From Heptranchias perlo (lineage: Eukaryota), in assembly GCF_035084215.1 (NCBI RefSeq), contig NC_090357.1, positions 17,174,001-17,238,000 on the forward strand: a stretch of DNA of 64,000 bases, in the 5' to 3' direction. Shown here one piece after another: positions 1-12,404 of this stretch. The position numbers were made by a program, and so were the translations under genes. The stretch's first letter is position 1. Every line of letters begins with the position of its first letter. The notes under the pieces were generated by a model that did no database searches, was not told the DNA's origin, and saw only the letters and a list, made by a program, of their open reading frames with translations.

Positions 1-353
1 TCTCTGCCCTTCCCCTCCTCCTCACCCCGTGTATTGATACCTGGAGTGAGGCATCATTAAACTGGGAGCAGCCTTCCCCCTGGGCTGCTCCATGCTGTAA
101 TTTTTTCTATTTGTTGCAGCATCTGTCAGTGGAGGATTGTCCCTTTAAATAGAGCTCCTCCAGCTGACAGATCTTACTGCGCATGCGCAGCCCGCCCGAT
201 GCGCAGATCAGCAGTGGGGAACCCGGAAGACCAGGTAAGTGAATCCAATTATGCTACGATCGCGCGGGGAGCTGATTGATTTCGCCGGGCGCGTTACCCA
301 CGCGCCCGATAGCCCCCCTGCCAAGAACCCGCAGCCCTGGTAACATCGGGCCC
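1..353 (-). mobile_element. PIF/Harbinger element, Myb-side end, truncated by the window edge
   Basis: Terminal TAACATCGGGCCC (341-353) resembles the TIR of the other copies. The minus strand from ATG at 93 reads MEQPRGKAAP, nearly identical in DNA to the copy starting at 27493. Confidence 0.85.
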
Positions 354-1256
354 TATATTTCTTGTTAGTTTACTTGCATATTCTATTTTCTCCCTTTTCT
401 CAATTTTTTGGTCGTCCTTTATTGGTTTCTAAAACTCTTCCAATCCCCAGGCTTATTACTCTTCTTGGCAACATTACAGGCCTCTTCTTTTAATCTAATA
501 CTTTCCTTAATTTCTTCAGTTAGCCAAGGGTGGATCATTTTTCCCGTAGAGTTGTTATTTCTGAATGAAATGTATACTTGTTGAGAATATTAAAATATTT
601 CTTTAAATGTTTGCCATTGCTTTTTAACTGTCAAACCCTTTAATTTAATTTCCCAATCTATCTTTGACAACTCGCCCCTCATACCTATGTAATTGGCTTT
701 ATTTAAGTTTAAGACTCTAGTTTCTGACTTAAGTACGTTACTTTCAAACTCAATGTGAAATTCATCATATTATGATCCCTCTTCTCCAGAGGTTCTTTTA
801 CTGTGAGATTACTAATTAACCCTATCTCATTACATAATACAAGATCTAAAATAGCCTGTTTCCTGGGTAGTTTCACGACGTATTGTTCTAGGAAACTGTC
901 TCGAATGCATTCAAAGAATTCGTCCTCCAAATTACCTTTGCCAATTTAATTTGTCCAGTCTGTATGAAGATTAAAGTCCCCCATGATTATCACATTACCT
1001 TTGTTACAAGCTACTATTATTTTTTGATTAATGCTCTGTCCAAAAGTATAGCTACTGTTTGGGGGCCTATAAACTACTCCCACCAGTGTTTTCTGCCCCT
1101 TGTTATTTCTAATTTCCACCCATATTGATTCTGCTTCCTGATCTTCTGAGCCAAGATCCGTTCTCACTACTGTCCTTATGTCATCCTCTATTATTAGGGC
1201 TACACCCCCTTCTTTTCCATTGTGCCTGTCTTTTCTAAATGTCATGTACCCTGGAG
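354..1256 (-). pseudogene. CR1-type LINE ORF2 fragment (APE endonuclease region), decayed
   Basis: Minus-strand ORFs 946-1272 (GY..FRKDR..GGVALI, VGVVYRPPN, IMGDFN) and 709-930 (FLEQYV..AILDLVL) carry APE motifs, broken by stops and frameshifts. Confidence 0.85.
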
Positions 1257-1920
1257 CAGAAATTTCCTTCAATTCAATATTGGGAAAACCGAAGCCATTG
1301 TCTACAATCCCTGCCTTAAACTCCGTTCCTTAGCCACCGACTCCATCCCTTTCCCTGGCCACTGCCTGTGGCTGAACCAGACTATTCACAACCTTAGCAT
1401 CCTATTCGACCCTGAGCTGAGCTTCCCACCCCATATCCTCTCCATTGCCAAGACAGCCTACTTCCACCTCTGTAACATCGCCCGTCTCTGCCCCTGCCTC
1501 AGCTCATCTGCTGAAACCCTCATCCATGCCTTTGTTGCTTCTAGACATGTTCTCCTGGCCAGCCTCTCACCTTGCACCCACCGTAAACTTGAGCTCATCC
1601 AAAACTCTGCTGCCTGTTTCCTAACTCGCACCAAGTCCTGTTCACCCATCACCCCTGTGCTCGCTGACCTACACTGGCTCTTGGTCCACCAACGCCTTGA
1701 TTTTAAAATGATCATCCTTGTTTTCAAATCCCTCCATGGCCTCGCCCCTCCCTATCTCTGTAACCTCCTTCAGCTCTCCGAGATCTCTGCGCTCCTCCAA
1801 TTCTGGCCTCTTGTGCATCCCCAATATTCTTCGCGTCATCATTGGTGGCCGTGCCTTCAGCTGCCAACGCCCTAAGCTCTGGAATTCCGTCCCTAAACCT
1901 CTCCGCCTCTCTGTCTCTCT
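1257..1920 (+). pseudogene. L2-clade LINE, 3' part of ORF2, decayed
   Basis: ORF 1222-1875 has FLQFNIGKTE, LELIQNSAA and ITPVLADLHWL..RLDFK motifs typical of the L2 post-RT region. Confidence 0.8.
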
Positions 1921-1966
1921 CACAAAATTCTTACTGTTTCTTGTAATGAGACATTAAACGTTAAAC

Positions 1967-2280
1967 GGATGAAATGTTAAAACGAGGCCCCGTCTGCCCT
2001 CTCAGGTGGACATAAAAGATCCCACGGTACTATTTCGAAGAAGAGCAGGCGAGCTCTTCTTGGTGTCCCAGCCAATATTTATTCCTCAATCAACATCACT
2101 AAAAACAGATGATCTGGTCATTTTCTCTTTGATTGTGGGACCATGCTGTGCGCAAATTGGCTGTCGCGTTTCCTACATTACAACAGTGACTACACTTCAA
2201 AAGTATTAATTGGCCATAAAGCAATTTGGGACATCCTGAGGTCGTGAAAGGCGCAATATCAATGCAAGTTCTTTCTTTCT
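1967..2280 (+). mobile_element. Deu-domain SINE (SacSINE1-like), 5'-truncated
   Basis: Core CGAGGCCCCGTCTGCCCTCTCAGGTGGACATAAAAGATCCC and tail TTTGGGACATCCTGAGGTCGTGAAAGGCGC; related copies recur in the window. Confidence 0.8.
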
Positions 2281-2355
2281 CATTACTGTTACACATTTAA
2301 TTAATTGTAAACAATTTTACAACACCAAGTTATAGTCCAGCAATTTTATTTTAAA

Positions 2356-2394
2356 TTCACAAGCTTTCGGAGATTTCCTCCTTCCTCAGGCAAA
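2356..2394 (-). ncRNA. Minimal hammerhead ribozyme motif (inverted arm copy)
   Basis: Reverse complement of the motif at 2996-3034. Confidence 0.6.
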
Positions 2395-2995
2395 TGTTTC
2401 AAGAGCTCCTTGAAGCCTACGCATTTATACATATAGAACAATACATGGTGTTTACAGACTGCCCCTGCAACTGCCCGTTGCCAAGGCAATCACCGTGTTC
2501 AGACAGAGAGGTGTCACCTGCAGAACCCCCGAATACACATTCAACAAAAAAACAAACAGGGAAAAAAAACAGAGAAAAAAAACAGAGAGAGGCAGAAACA
2601 TCCGGAAGGCAGAGAGAGCCAGCAAATGACCCATTATATTAAAAACAGATAACATTTGTTCGCTGGTGGGGTAACGTGTAGCGTGACATGAACCCAAGAT
2701 CACGCTACACGTTACCCCACCAGCGAACAAATGTTATCTGTTTTTAATTAATATAATGGGTCATTTGCTGGCTCTCTCTGCCTTCCGGATGTTTCTGCCT
2801 CTCTCTGTTTTTTTTCTCTGTTTTTTTTCCCTGTTTGTTTTTTTGTTGAATGTGTATTCGGGGGTTCTGCAGGTGACACCTCTCTGTCTGAACACGGTGA
2901 TTGCCTTGGCAACGGGCAGTTGCAGGGGCAGTCTGTAAACACCATGTATTGTTCTATATGTATAAATGCGTAGGCTTCAAGGAGCTCTTGAAACA

Positions 2996-3034
2996 TTTGC
3001 CTGAGGAAGGAGGAAATCTCCGAAAGCTTGTGAA
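2996..3034 (+). ncRNA. Minimal type I hammerhead ribozyme motif
   Basis: TTTGC-CTGAGGA-A-GGAG-GAAAT-CTCC-GAAA-GCTT-GTGAA: CUGANGA and GAAA core, stem II GGAG/CTCC, palindromic AAGCTT stem III, and stem I with G-U pairs. Confidence 0.65.
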
Positions 3035-3353
3035 TTTAAAATAAAATTGCTGGACTATAACTTGGTGTTGTAAAATTGTTTACAATTGTCAACCCCAGTC
3101 CATCACCGGCATCTCCACATCACATTTAATTAAAAACAATCTGCAGTTTATTGGGAAATTCTTTGTGTTCTAAATACGTTATTGCAGTAGGGGCTTTATT
3201 TCAGTTTTGTTGGATTTACCATGTTAACAGTCAAAATGGACATGACTTCAACGCATTCTGATGGAAAGAGTGGTAATAGCATGGAATTGAATTATTTTTT
3301 CTTTCACAATCTGCATTAGCTATTGCTAATGTAAGTTCCCATGTAAATTCAGT

Positions 3354-3584
3354 GGGAGTGATTTTAAACCCCAAGAACGGGTGGGTTGGGGGCGGGTGGG
3401 TGGGAGTTGAGAATTGTTTTTTTTTGGGTCGCAACCGCAACCCAGCTTTGTTTCTGGGTTTAACGTCGGTGTCGTAAAGTACAGGCATAGTCCGAAAATT
3501 TTGCGGTTGAGATCCAAATAAACAACAATTTTCAACTCCCACCTGCCCCCAACCCACCCGTTCTTGGGGTTTAAAATCACCCCC
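3354..3584. mobile_element. Harbinger-type MITE with long imperfect TIRs
   Basis: GGGAGTGATTTTAAACCCCAAGAACGGGTGGGTTGGGGGC matches the reverse complement at 3545-3584, with about 80 bp of inverted similarity. 3-bp TSD AGT at 3351-3353 and 3585-3587. Confidence 0.8.
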
Positions 3585-5924
3585 AGTAGGTGGAGAGTTA
3601 AAATCTATAGTGACTCAAAATCTAAGGCTGGGGGCTGGGAAGCACATCTGATCCCCTACATGCAGCATTTCGACATTGATTAAGAGATTACACTCACAGC
3701 TGCCACCAGCAATTTCCAGTGACGTGTGCTATAGATGGCTGCACCAGGTCCGTTTAATCCTTTACTCATTGGAGGACATTCTCAGCGCAGGAAGGTGGGC
3801 GGCAGTGATGCCATGGGATTTTCCTTATTGCGGTGACTAGCTCTTGTCAACCTGCTTCAGTCAGACATGCTTGGTGTGGAATGTCAGTAGCAGATTTTCG
3901 AGCTGCAGGCTGTGTGCGTGTTGGTACGCACAGAACCGCTGCCAGTAGTGAAGTGTCAAGTGAAGGTGAGACACTTGTCTCCCTTTACAACACAGACTGG
4001 AGAACTCTGCTACGTTTGTGAATGACACCTCGATGTTGTATGTTAGCATGTTGTGGAGCACACATCCTGGTGAGTGGGGAGAAGAGGCTATGGGTGTCGG
4101 ACACTCTGTACTGCACTGATGAAAAGCTTCAAGCTTGCCTGGTAAGTAGAAGTGGCAGCATCCACAACCAGAGCACATTCTGAGAGAATTAAGTCGGCCC
4201 AGTTTTTCTGGGAGAGAGGCAGAGTACTGTTAAAGTAGGAAATCACTGCTGGTAATTAGCTTCCCATTGTTTGCATTATAGTTGCAGAATATTATTGGCC
4301 ATTATCAGTGCAAATACTTTTAACCTGTTAGCTAAATCAAAAGAGAAAGACGTTATTTAGGGTAAAATAGTTATACTTTGTTTCAAGTTCAAAATGCTGT
4401 CAGACTCTTAACTATCTGTGTACAGTGATACAGTTTTATGAATGTGTTTGTTGCAATATATTTTACAGAAGTTAAGACTAAGTAAATGTTTATAAAAAGA
4501 CCCTGATAAAACTTAGTAGTTGTACAGAAATTGAATGACCAATATGGTCCACACCATTCAATTTTGTTCTGGCGTGTGACAGTCTGTTACAAATGCTGTC
4601 CAAATATAGGAACTGTGTGGATATTATGTGGGAGTGATTTGTATGAGACAGTACATACAAATTATGGTTTCCCATTACTAAATTTTATGTTTAGGGGCTA
4701 TACAGATCCTCCTGCTGCCGTCCCTTGTTTAATGAATGTAAATACATGCTGGAGGCTGGATTTTATTTCCTGTAAAATGGTTTGGGGCCAGATTTTTCAA
4801 ACAGTGCCACTGTGCATCAGGGTAGCCCAGTACATATATGTTCTATGTTTTATGGTTGCCAGTTTCATTTAGCAATAGAGTTGCCAACTTTGGTTGGGCA
4901 TATTCCTGAAGGTATGATCACGTGACATTTGATCTCGTGATGCTTGCTCGCAAATGTTGTTGCATTTATCTATAAAGGTTGGGTCCCCTTTAGTTGAGTG
5001 TCTTTGTTCCCCGTGAGACTGTAATAAGTGTTTCTACTCATTAGCAGGAGTGGACTGAGTATCGGGAAATTTCTTGAGTTCCCCAATAAATGGTTCCCTA
5101 TCACCACCCCGAGTTGTGCGCTGTGTTGCCCCAATGTTCATTTTATTTTCTATCATGGTACCTGTAATCTATTTAAATGCTCATGTTGCTTGCACTATCT
5201 CTTCACCAGGTCTGCAAAGCTGGACTTTGCATAGTTATAGTATTGTGTTAGTCCCAACTACCTCCCATTTAAAGCAATGCCTAGAGTTTTGCTAAATCAT
5301 TGGGATGTTTGTGCCTTAAAGGAAAATATATTATCACTATTTGAGTCCATTTCCAACAAAACATTAATATTCCCAAGGAATGAAACGGCCGAGGCACCAT
5401 TGATTAGTAATGAACTACTTTTATCGTGATTTAGATGTCAGATGGTTTTTACTGAACCACTGGGAAATTTAATATCCTCCATTAGGATATTTTCACTTTT
5501 TTTCTACAGATTAGTGAATACAATTTACAGCCATGTTATGAATGCACAAATAGACTTTAGAATGAGTACAAGCTTTTGACAAGTCACTAAAGTGACCAAG
5601 ATACAGTAGAGTAGCCATAAAGACTGGAGCCCTCAGGAACGCCAATGTTAATCATACTTGTATTAGGCAGTAATCCTTTGATGTCTGCCATAAAATAATA
5701 TTGAAACCATTTTGTTGTTTTATTTGATGAGATAAATCTTGAATTTTATTTGCTGATTGACAGGGTCAGAAACTTTTTTCTGTTCCACATAAGCTAGCTT
5801 TGTCAGAGTGGCAGTAGTTGCAGTTTTAAGTAAAGCTGCACCCGGATATTTTGTGGAAAGTGAAAAGTCCAATGTCTGCTTAATTTCTTCTGGGTTGGAT
5901 AGTTACATAGTTGGATAGTAACAT

Positions 5925-7382
5925 AGTTTATTTAAAAAGGGTAGTAGGCAGAAGGCTGGAAATTATAGACCAGTTAGCCTAACACCTGTGGTGGGTAAAA
6001 TTTTAGAATCTATTATTAAGGAGACAGTAGCGGAACATTTGGATAAACATAATTTAATAGGACAAAGTCAGCATGGCTTTACAAAGGGGAAGTCATGTCT
6101 GACAAATTTGCTTGAGTTCTTTGAGGACATAACGTACAGGGTGGATAAAGGGGAACCAATGGACGTAGTGTATTTAGACTTCCAGAAGGCATTCGACAAG
6201 GTGCCACATAAAAGATTACTGCTCAAGATAAAGAATCACTGGATTGGGGGTAATATTCTGGCATGGGTGGAGGATTGGTTATCTAACAGGAAGCAGAGAG
6301 TTGGGATAAATGGTTCATTCTCGGACTGGCAACCAGTAGCCAGTGGTGTTCCGCAGGGGTCGGTGCTGGGTCCCCAACTCTTTACAATCTATATTAACGA
6401 TTTGGAGGAGGGGACCGGGTGTAAAGTATCAAAGTTTGCAGATGATACAAAGATGGGAGGGAAAGTGGAGAGTGAGGAGGACATAAAAAACCTACAGGGG
6501 GATATAGACAGGCTGGGTGAGTGGGCGGAGGTTTGGCAGTTGCAATACAATATTGGAAAATATGAGGTTATGCACTTTGGCAGGAAAAATCAGAGAGCAA
6601 GTTATTATCTTAAAGGCGAGAAACTGGAAAGTACTGCAGTACAAAGGGATCTGGGGGTCCTAGTGCAAGAAAATCAAAAAGTTAGTATGCAGGTGCAGCA
6701 GGTGATCAAGAAGGCCAACGGAATGTTGGCTTTTATTGCTCGGGGGATAGAATATAAAAACAGGGATGTATTGCTGCAGTTATATAAGGTATTGGTGAGA
6801 CCGCACCTGGAATACTGCATACAGTTTTGGTCTCCATACTTAAGAAAAGACATACTTGCTTTCGAGGCAGTACAAAGAAGGTTCACTCGGTTAATCCCGG
6901 GGATGAGGGGGCGGACATATGAGGAGAGGTTGAGTAGATTTGGACTCTACTCATTGGAGTTCAGAAGAATGAGAGGCGATCTTATTGAAACATTTAAGAT
7001 TGTGAAGGGGCCTGATCGGGTGGATGCGGTAAGGATGTTCCCAAGGATGGGTGAAACTAGAACTAGGGGGCATAATCTTAGAATAAGGGGCTGCTCTTTC
7101 AAAACTGAGATGAGGAGAAACTTCTTCACTCAAAGGGTAGTAGGTCTGTGGAATTTGCTGCCCCAGGAAGCTGTGGAAGCTACATCATTAAATAAATTTA
7201 AAACAGAAATCGACAGTTTCCTAGAAGTAAAGGGAATTAGGGGTTACGGGGAGCGGGCAGGAAATTGGACATGAATTTAGATTTGAGATTAGGATCAGAT
7301 CAGCCATGATCTTATTGAATGGCGGAGCAGGCTCGAGGGGCCGATTGGCCTACTCCTGCTCCTATTTCTTATGTTCTTATGA
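5925..7382 (+). mobile_element. 5'-truncated CR1 LINE (RT domain and 3' UTR)
   Basis: Starts inside ORF2 (NYRPVSLT) and ends in a CR1-like 3' UTR with a TTCTTATG-type repeat tail. Confidence 0.9.
5988..7274 (+). CDS. CR1 reverse transcriptase, uninterrupted but N-terminally truncated
   Basis: 428 aa with QHGF, YLDFQKAFDKV, SGVPQGSVLGP and KFADDTK motifs; no endonuclease domain and no true start. Confidence 0.85.
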   Translation: MVGKILESIIKETVAEHLDKHNLIGQSQHGFTKGKSCLTNLLEFFEDITYRVDKGEPMDVVYLDFQKAFDKVPHKRLLLKIKNHWIGGNILAWVEDWLSNRKQRVGINGSFSDWQPVASGVPQGSVLGPQLFTIYINDLEEGTGCKVSKFADDTKMGGKVESEEDIKNLQGDIDRLGEWAEVWQLQYNIGKYEVMHFGRKNQRASYYLKGEKLESTAVQRDLGVLVQENQKVSMQVQQVIKKANGMLAFIARGIEYKNRDVLLQLYKVLVRPHLEYCIQFWSPYLRKDILAFEAVQRRFTRLIPGMRGRTYEERLSRFGLYSLEFRRMRGDLIETFKIVKGPDRVDAVRMFPRMGETRTRGHNLRIRGCSFKTEMRRNFFTQRVVGLWNLLPQEAVEATSLNKFKTEIDSFLEVKGIRGYGERAGNWT

Positions 7383-7394
7383 TGCAATAGTATC

Positions 7395-7605
7395 ATAGTA
7401 TGGTACAGCACTGAAGGAGGTCATTCGGCCTATCGTGCCTGTGCTGGCTCTTTTAAAAGACCTATTCAATTAGTCCCACTCCCCTGCTCTTTCCTCATAG
7501 GCTTGTAATTTTTTTCCCTTCAAGTATTTATCCAATTCCCTTTTGAAAGTTACTATTGAATCTGTTTCCACCACCATTTCAGACAGTGCATTCCAGATCA
7601 TAACA
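7395..7605 (-). mobile_element. CR1-type 3'-end fragment
   Basis: Closely similar to 36590-36790 and 60757-60852 (GGAGGCCATT..CCAATTAGTCCCACTCCCCTGCTCT). Confidence 0.65.
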
Positions 7606-8725
7606 ATATACAGTATATACAGTACCTGTGCAATATCTATGTATAGTTGCTGTGCAATTTCTGTATGATGCCCAGTTCCTGTGTATTATCCCTATATTAC
7701 AGTTTCTAAGTAATATCCCTCTATATTACATTCAGTTCCTCTGTAATTTCCCAGTATTACTACAGCAAAAACATCCCTGTACTATTGGCTCATCCTGTCA
7801 CATGACATGATGTATGTGAGAACTTGTCTCATAATCTGATGAACAGGATGCATTTTACCTCATCATCCTTTTAATCCTTGATCATTTTCTCCTCTTCCCT
7901 CCTCTCTGGCAGCTGATGATTCCTTGCCAGGGTATGTTTCCATGGGATAACCTTTTGGTATCTCAGGTAATTGTAAATGCAATAGGCAGCATTATGATAC
8001 CAGGTTCTAGAGTGTGGGAAACATTGTTAAAGACAGACTGAGTCTGAGAGATCCATCATAGACATAGATTTCCAAAATAGAAATGGTTACAGATGATTAG
8101 CTAGCTTTGTTTAACGTTTCTGTGAATCCCCATTGCCTTAAAGAACAAGCATAGACTTAGAATGAATATGTTGAGTTGATTAATCTGTTTAGACAGTCTC
8201 ATGACATTATTTGAGATGGTGAAGCTGATGTTGGCAAGTTCTCCCCATTCAAATGGAAAATGAGGGTTTGCTCCTCTATTGTCTTGTACCCCATTTAAAA
8301 TATCAATTTATCACCAACACAGTTGATGAGGCTGGTGAAAATTCACGCCATAAATGCAACGATGTTGTCAGTGATTTCTAAGTGATCCACTTGAGCGCAG
8401 GGTTTTGGATGTTGGATGTCCTACCTTTGTTGTCGGTGATACTATAAATAGAAGAGGCGGCCAAAATCCTGGCCACTGCCTGCTCGAGTTGCTGAAGCTA
8501 CACAGGCAAAGGACCAATTTCACTCTCGCTTACTGTATCGAGCTTCCTCGGTCCTTATTGGAGCAGAGGAAAACAAGTTCTTCAATCATTTCTGAAATTG
8601 ATTTGTTAATAAGCCACTGCCGCATTGCAAGTGCAGTAATTTTCTGTTGTCTATGTTCTCAGTGGCTGGGGAAGCTCTGTACTAGTAACTAGTGGCAAAA
8701 CCACTTCACTGTCCGTACAAAAGGG

Positions 8726-8865
8726 TGTGGAGATGCCAATGATGGACTGGGGTTGACAATTGTAAACAATTTTACAACACCAAGTTATAGTCCAACAAAT
8801 TTATTTTAAATTTCACAAGCTTTCGGAGGCTTCCTCCTTCCTCAGGTGAATGGTGTGGAAATGAA
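8726..8865 (-). mobile_element. Penelope-like 3'-end fragment, single arm
   Basis: Same tail sequence as 2303-3122; TSD GTACAAAAGGG at 8715-8725 and 8866-8876. Confidence 0.85.
8812..8850 (-). ncRNA. Minimal hammerhead ribozyme motif
   Basis: Minus strand: TTCAC-CTGAGGA-A-GGAGG-AAG-CCTCC-GAAA-GCTT-GTGAA, with perfect stems I and II. Confidence 0.7.
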
Positions 8866-9274
8866 GTACAAAAGGGAACAGCAGGGTTTCTTTCAGTCAT
8901 TCAGCTTAGTTGGCCATATTACTTTCTTACCCTGACTGCAGTTAAAACACCCCTTTATTATAAACAGGCCAGTTCCATCAATAGAAAATAGAAATTCTTT
9001 AAATTTTATTTTACAATAAAAGGGCTTTCAACTGGTGGATATTTGATAGACTTCAAGATCCTACTGTAGTTTCCATCACTTGTGCTTTTATACAGAAGAG
9101 AACTGCTGCTTGTATCCTTGTATAAGCATTGCATATGTGCATTTGTTGCACATTTGTAGAACAATCATAGTCAAGTGGTGGGGAAGTTCAAACAGGGAAT
9201 ATTTCCTCTGATCAGATTTCAAACCAAAATCCACCTCTCCTTACCCTCAATGTTACCTGGGACTGTGGGTATGG

Positions 9275-9375
9275 AACCAAGACGGATAAATGGAGTTAAG
9301 ATACAGATCAGCCATGATCTAATTGAATGGCGGAACAGGCTCGACGGGCTAAATGAACCTACTCCTGTTCATATT
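9275..9375 (+). mobile_element. CR1 3' UTR fragment
   Basis: CAGATCAGCCATGATCTAATTGAATGGCGGAACAGGCTCGA is shared with 7296-7336. Confidence 0.7.
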
Positions 9376-12300
9376 TTTTTTGTGAAATGGGAGCGTCATA
9401 ATGGACTAAATGTAATTGCTTGATGCAAACTTCCTGCTGGTTTCAGCTGTGAGTCTGTGTATTCATTAGGCAAGGTAGGCCTCCGTACATGGGAGAGGAA
9501 GGCTATTTGGAGAACTGCACTTTGTTTGGATTTTCCCAGCTTTCTAGAAGTTATAGCCCCTCTTCTGTGTTAGTTAAATTCGTTCCATCAGCAGTTGATC
9601 TGTAATTTCTGTTTGGCTCTGTATTTCACAGACAGGTAGAAATGTCAACAAAATAATCACAAGCACTGATAGCAGAGTAACTGAAGATGTGGCACCAATC
9701 AGCCCCAGTCAGATTCTTAATAAATGTGAGAATAATGATGAGTTTCTTGTGTCTGAACTGTTTGATTAGTGTGCTTAGTTTAGGGTCTTTCATTTCTTGT
9801 AATAAACTGTCATTATCAATGTATTCAATTTTATATAAGAAATAAGCTGAAATTACTAGAAGAGAACTGAAGTGATTTACTGTTAACCCAATTACTGTCA
9901 GTGTTTACTTATTAGGTTATACTGCTGACTGGCTTCCTTCTGGACCTAGCTCTCAGGATTTTCCAGGTCAGCTCTAATGAATAATTAATTACGTCCCAGC
10001 CCATTTTCAGCCTGGCAAGGCAGCTCACCAAAGGTCAGATAGGTGGGTGGGAAATAGGATGTGACAGCAGCCTTTAAAGGGGGCGAAATGTTAAAGCTTT
10101 TATAAAGGCGATAAATATTTTAAACGTATATTTCAACCATTTCAAGAGCTGTTTGAGGCTATAAAGTGGCCACTGGGTAAGTGATGGAGTGGCATAGAAC
10201 CCCTTGTTTGATAGTTGGTGAAAAGGAGGTGCTGCTGCATGACGTTGGAGCAAGGAGGGTTGCCCTTTGGGAAGGGCAGTGGTGCAATGATACTGGACAG
10301 CTCTGTCATGCTGAGAAAGGAAATGAAAGTGTTGGTCATGCTCAACTATGCACCAATGACCTATTGAATAAAGTGTGGGCAGTACATTGCCTAATACTGA
10401 ATATTACCCTTTTCTAGCCTGGAAGGAGCTAGAGAAAAAAGTTAGTAGAAGGGGAACTTGATTCCCACAGGCAGTGTCATCTCTATAGTATAGATGTCCT
10501 GACAGCAGATGGCACACATTTGCAGTTGATTTTATGATGACTCTGCCTGCATATCCAGTTCTTCTTGGTCATTGTGAGGTAGATATGCAATGAACCACGG
10601 ATGTGTTTAGTACCTCGGTGGTAACTGTGGTCAGTCATAGGTGGAAAAAAAAATCCACATAAAATTACTAACAACAATTAATAGCAGTACTGAAGTTAGA
10701 AGTCAAAGGCAGAAGCCAGTAGTAAAAACAAATCTTAAAATGGAAAGGTTAAAAAAGGGTAAAAATTGCATAACTTTTTAATGGCTACATCATTCATAGC
10801 GCTTTGCTTAGGCCCCTCTGCAAGTGGTTGAAGGGACTGCCTTGCCCAATCCTCTCCTAAGCAGATGGAAAATTGTGCATGGTGTTGTTCAAATCCATTA
10901 TTATGTTTAAGCTCCTTTTTGGAGAGACTGCTTCACAACTGACAGAAAATTGCAATCAACACTAAAGTGGTGCAGATCTGGTTATATCGGGAATGCTCAG
11001 GCTTTTACTCTTCATCTGTTACATAGGTTTGTACTATGGAGCCTCGGGCCACATAAAAAGATTTATTCCAAGCTCCCATACATTTGCATACATCAAGTTG
11101 CTGATAGCAATAGGTCTGTGTATTTTGCTTTAGAATTTATCCATCAATGAGGCAATACCATTAGGATCAACCCTTTCCAAACCACCAGGCCCACTAAATT
11201 CAAACAAGGCAACCCAACAAATAAGAAATATCAGCATATGTAGAACTAAATTGACCTTCGTGGGCCAGATTGCCAGAATTTGGGGCCTGCATTGTTTGGA
11301 CATTCCTGGGCTATCCAGTCTAATCTTGAATTTGATGTAGTTTCTGCCTCACCCGCTTAACCCTGGAACTGAATTCTACAGCCTTGCTACTTTCTGTGTA
11401 AAGGACCTTCTCTTGCTCTCTGTTCTAAATCTCTTGTATGAATGGCTCCTTGTCCTAGACCTTTTAACTAGAGAGGTCTCAGCTGTCTGCCTTTGAGAGC
11501 AATGCAAAGAGTGTGTTATTATGAGAGGTACATGATAAGGGTATTTTGTTTAGTTTCTCTTTGAAGGAAGTTATAAACAATGAATGATATTAGTCAGGTC
11601 CTTGTATATTAGTATGTTATAGTAGGGGCATACAGCATTTTTTTTTTCCTTTTAAGTTTGATCTTTCATTTCTTCAGAGGAAATCCTCCTGTGAATAAAG
11701 AAAATATCTGTTGAAAATTCTGCAGAGTAGCACTATTTTATAAATAAGTTGGGCTTGTACTAGTTTTCAGTGATTCTTATCTTACTAGGCACTATTTTCT
11801 CTCTTGTAAGCAATTTCAATCATAATTCTTTGCCTTATTCTGCTGCATGATGAAATTACACCATCCACATCCTACTCCTTTTTTTGTAGTTGCTTAATTC
11901 AGGTTATTTATTAATTTGAATTGAAATAGTGCAAAAAAAGCCCCCTGTACAATTTTAATAAAATTACTTGAATTGTGCTACTAGATAGATTGAATTCCTT
12001 CAGCAAAAATGACCTGAATTACCAGGAGTAGACTATATCTATCAAATTCACATTATGAACACACAAGCAGCTGCATTACCTCAATCGCTGCTGGTGTTGT
12101 TATGTCATACGAACAACAGTTTCCACCTGCACCATGATTTTATATTGTCAGAAACTTAGTTGTCATTTCAAACATATTAGGTATGATGCAACATTGCTCA
12201 AATAAATGCCAGCATTTAATTACAGATACTCTAAATTTTTAATCTACCTTTTAAATTTGATATACACGTTATTACAACAGACAGTGAATCTCAGATTCAT

Positions 12301-12404
12301 GCTGCAGTTCAGTTTTGCAGGTCTCTCAAGGCTCATTAAATTTGATTGGTAGGATGAAGTCGGATTACTGTGCAATGTTATGGAACCAAGTACTGAAGCC
12401 ACAA

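Larger units (their letters stand above)
2303..3122. mobile_element. Penelope-like element 3' end (pLTR) inserted as a fold-back palindrome
   Basis: Arms 2303-2686 and 2700-3087 are reverse complements (one 4-nt indel) with a 13-nt spacer. Only the right arm has the 35-nt tail (3088-3122). TSD CACATTTAATT at 2292-2302 and 3121-3131. The minus strand from 2701 reads DLGFMSRYTL..., like the end of a PLE GIY-YIG ORF. Confidence 0.85.

Noticed and set aside
2394-2996. Two identical 82-aa ORFs on opposite strands
   Set aside because: A consequence of the palindrome; they lie antisense to the pLTR and have no protein motif.
7605-7790. Cryptic tandem repeat and 60-aa ORF
   Set aside because: Degenerate low-complexity sequence with no definable unit or motif.
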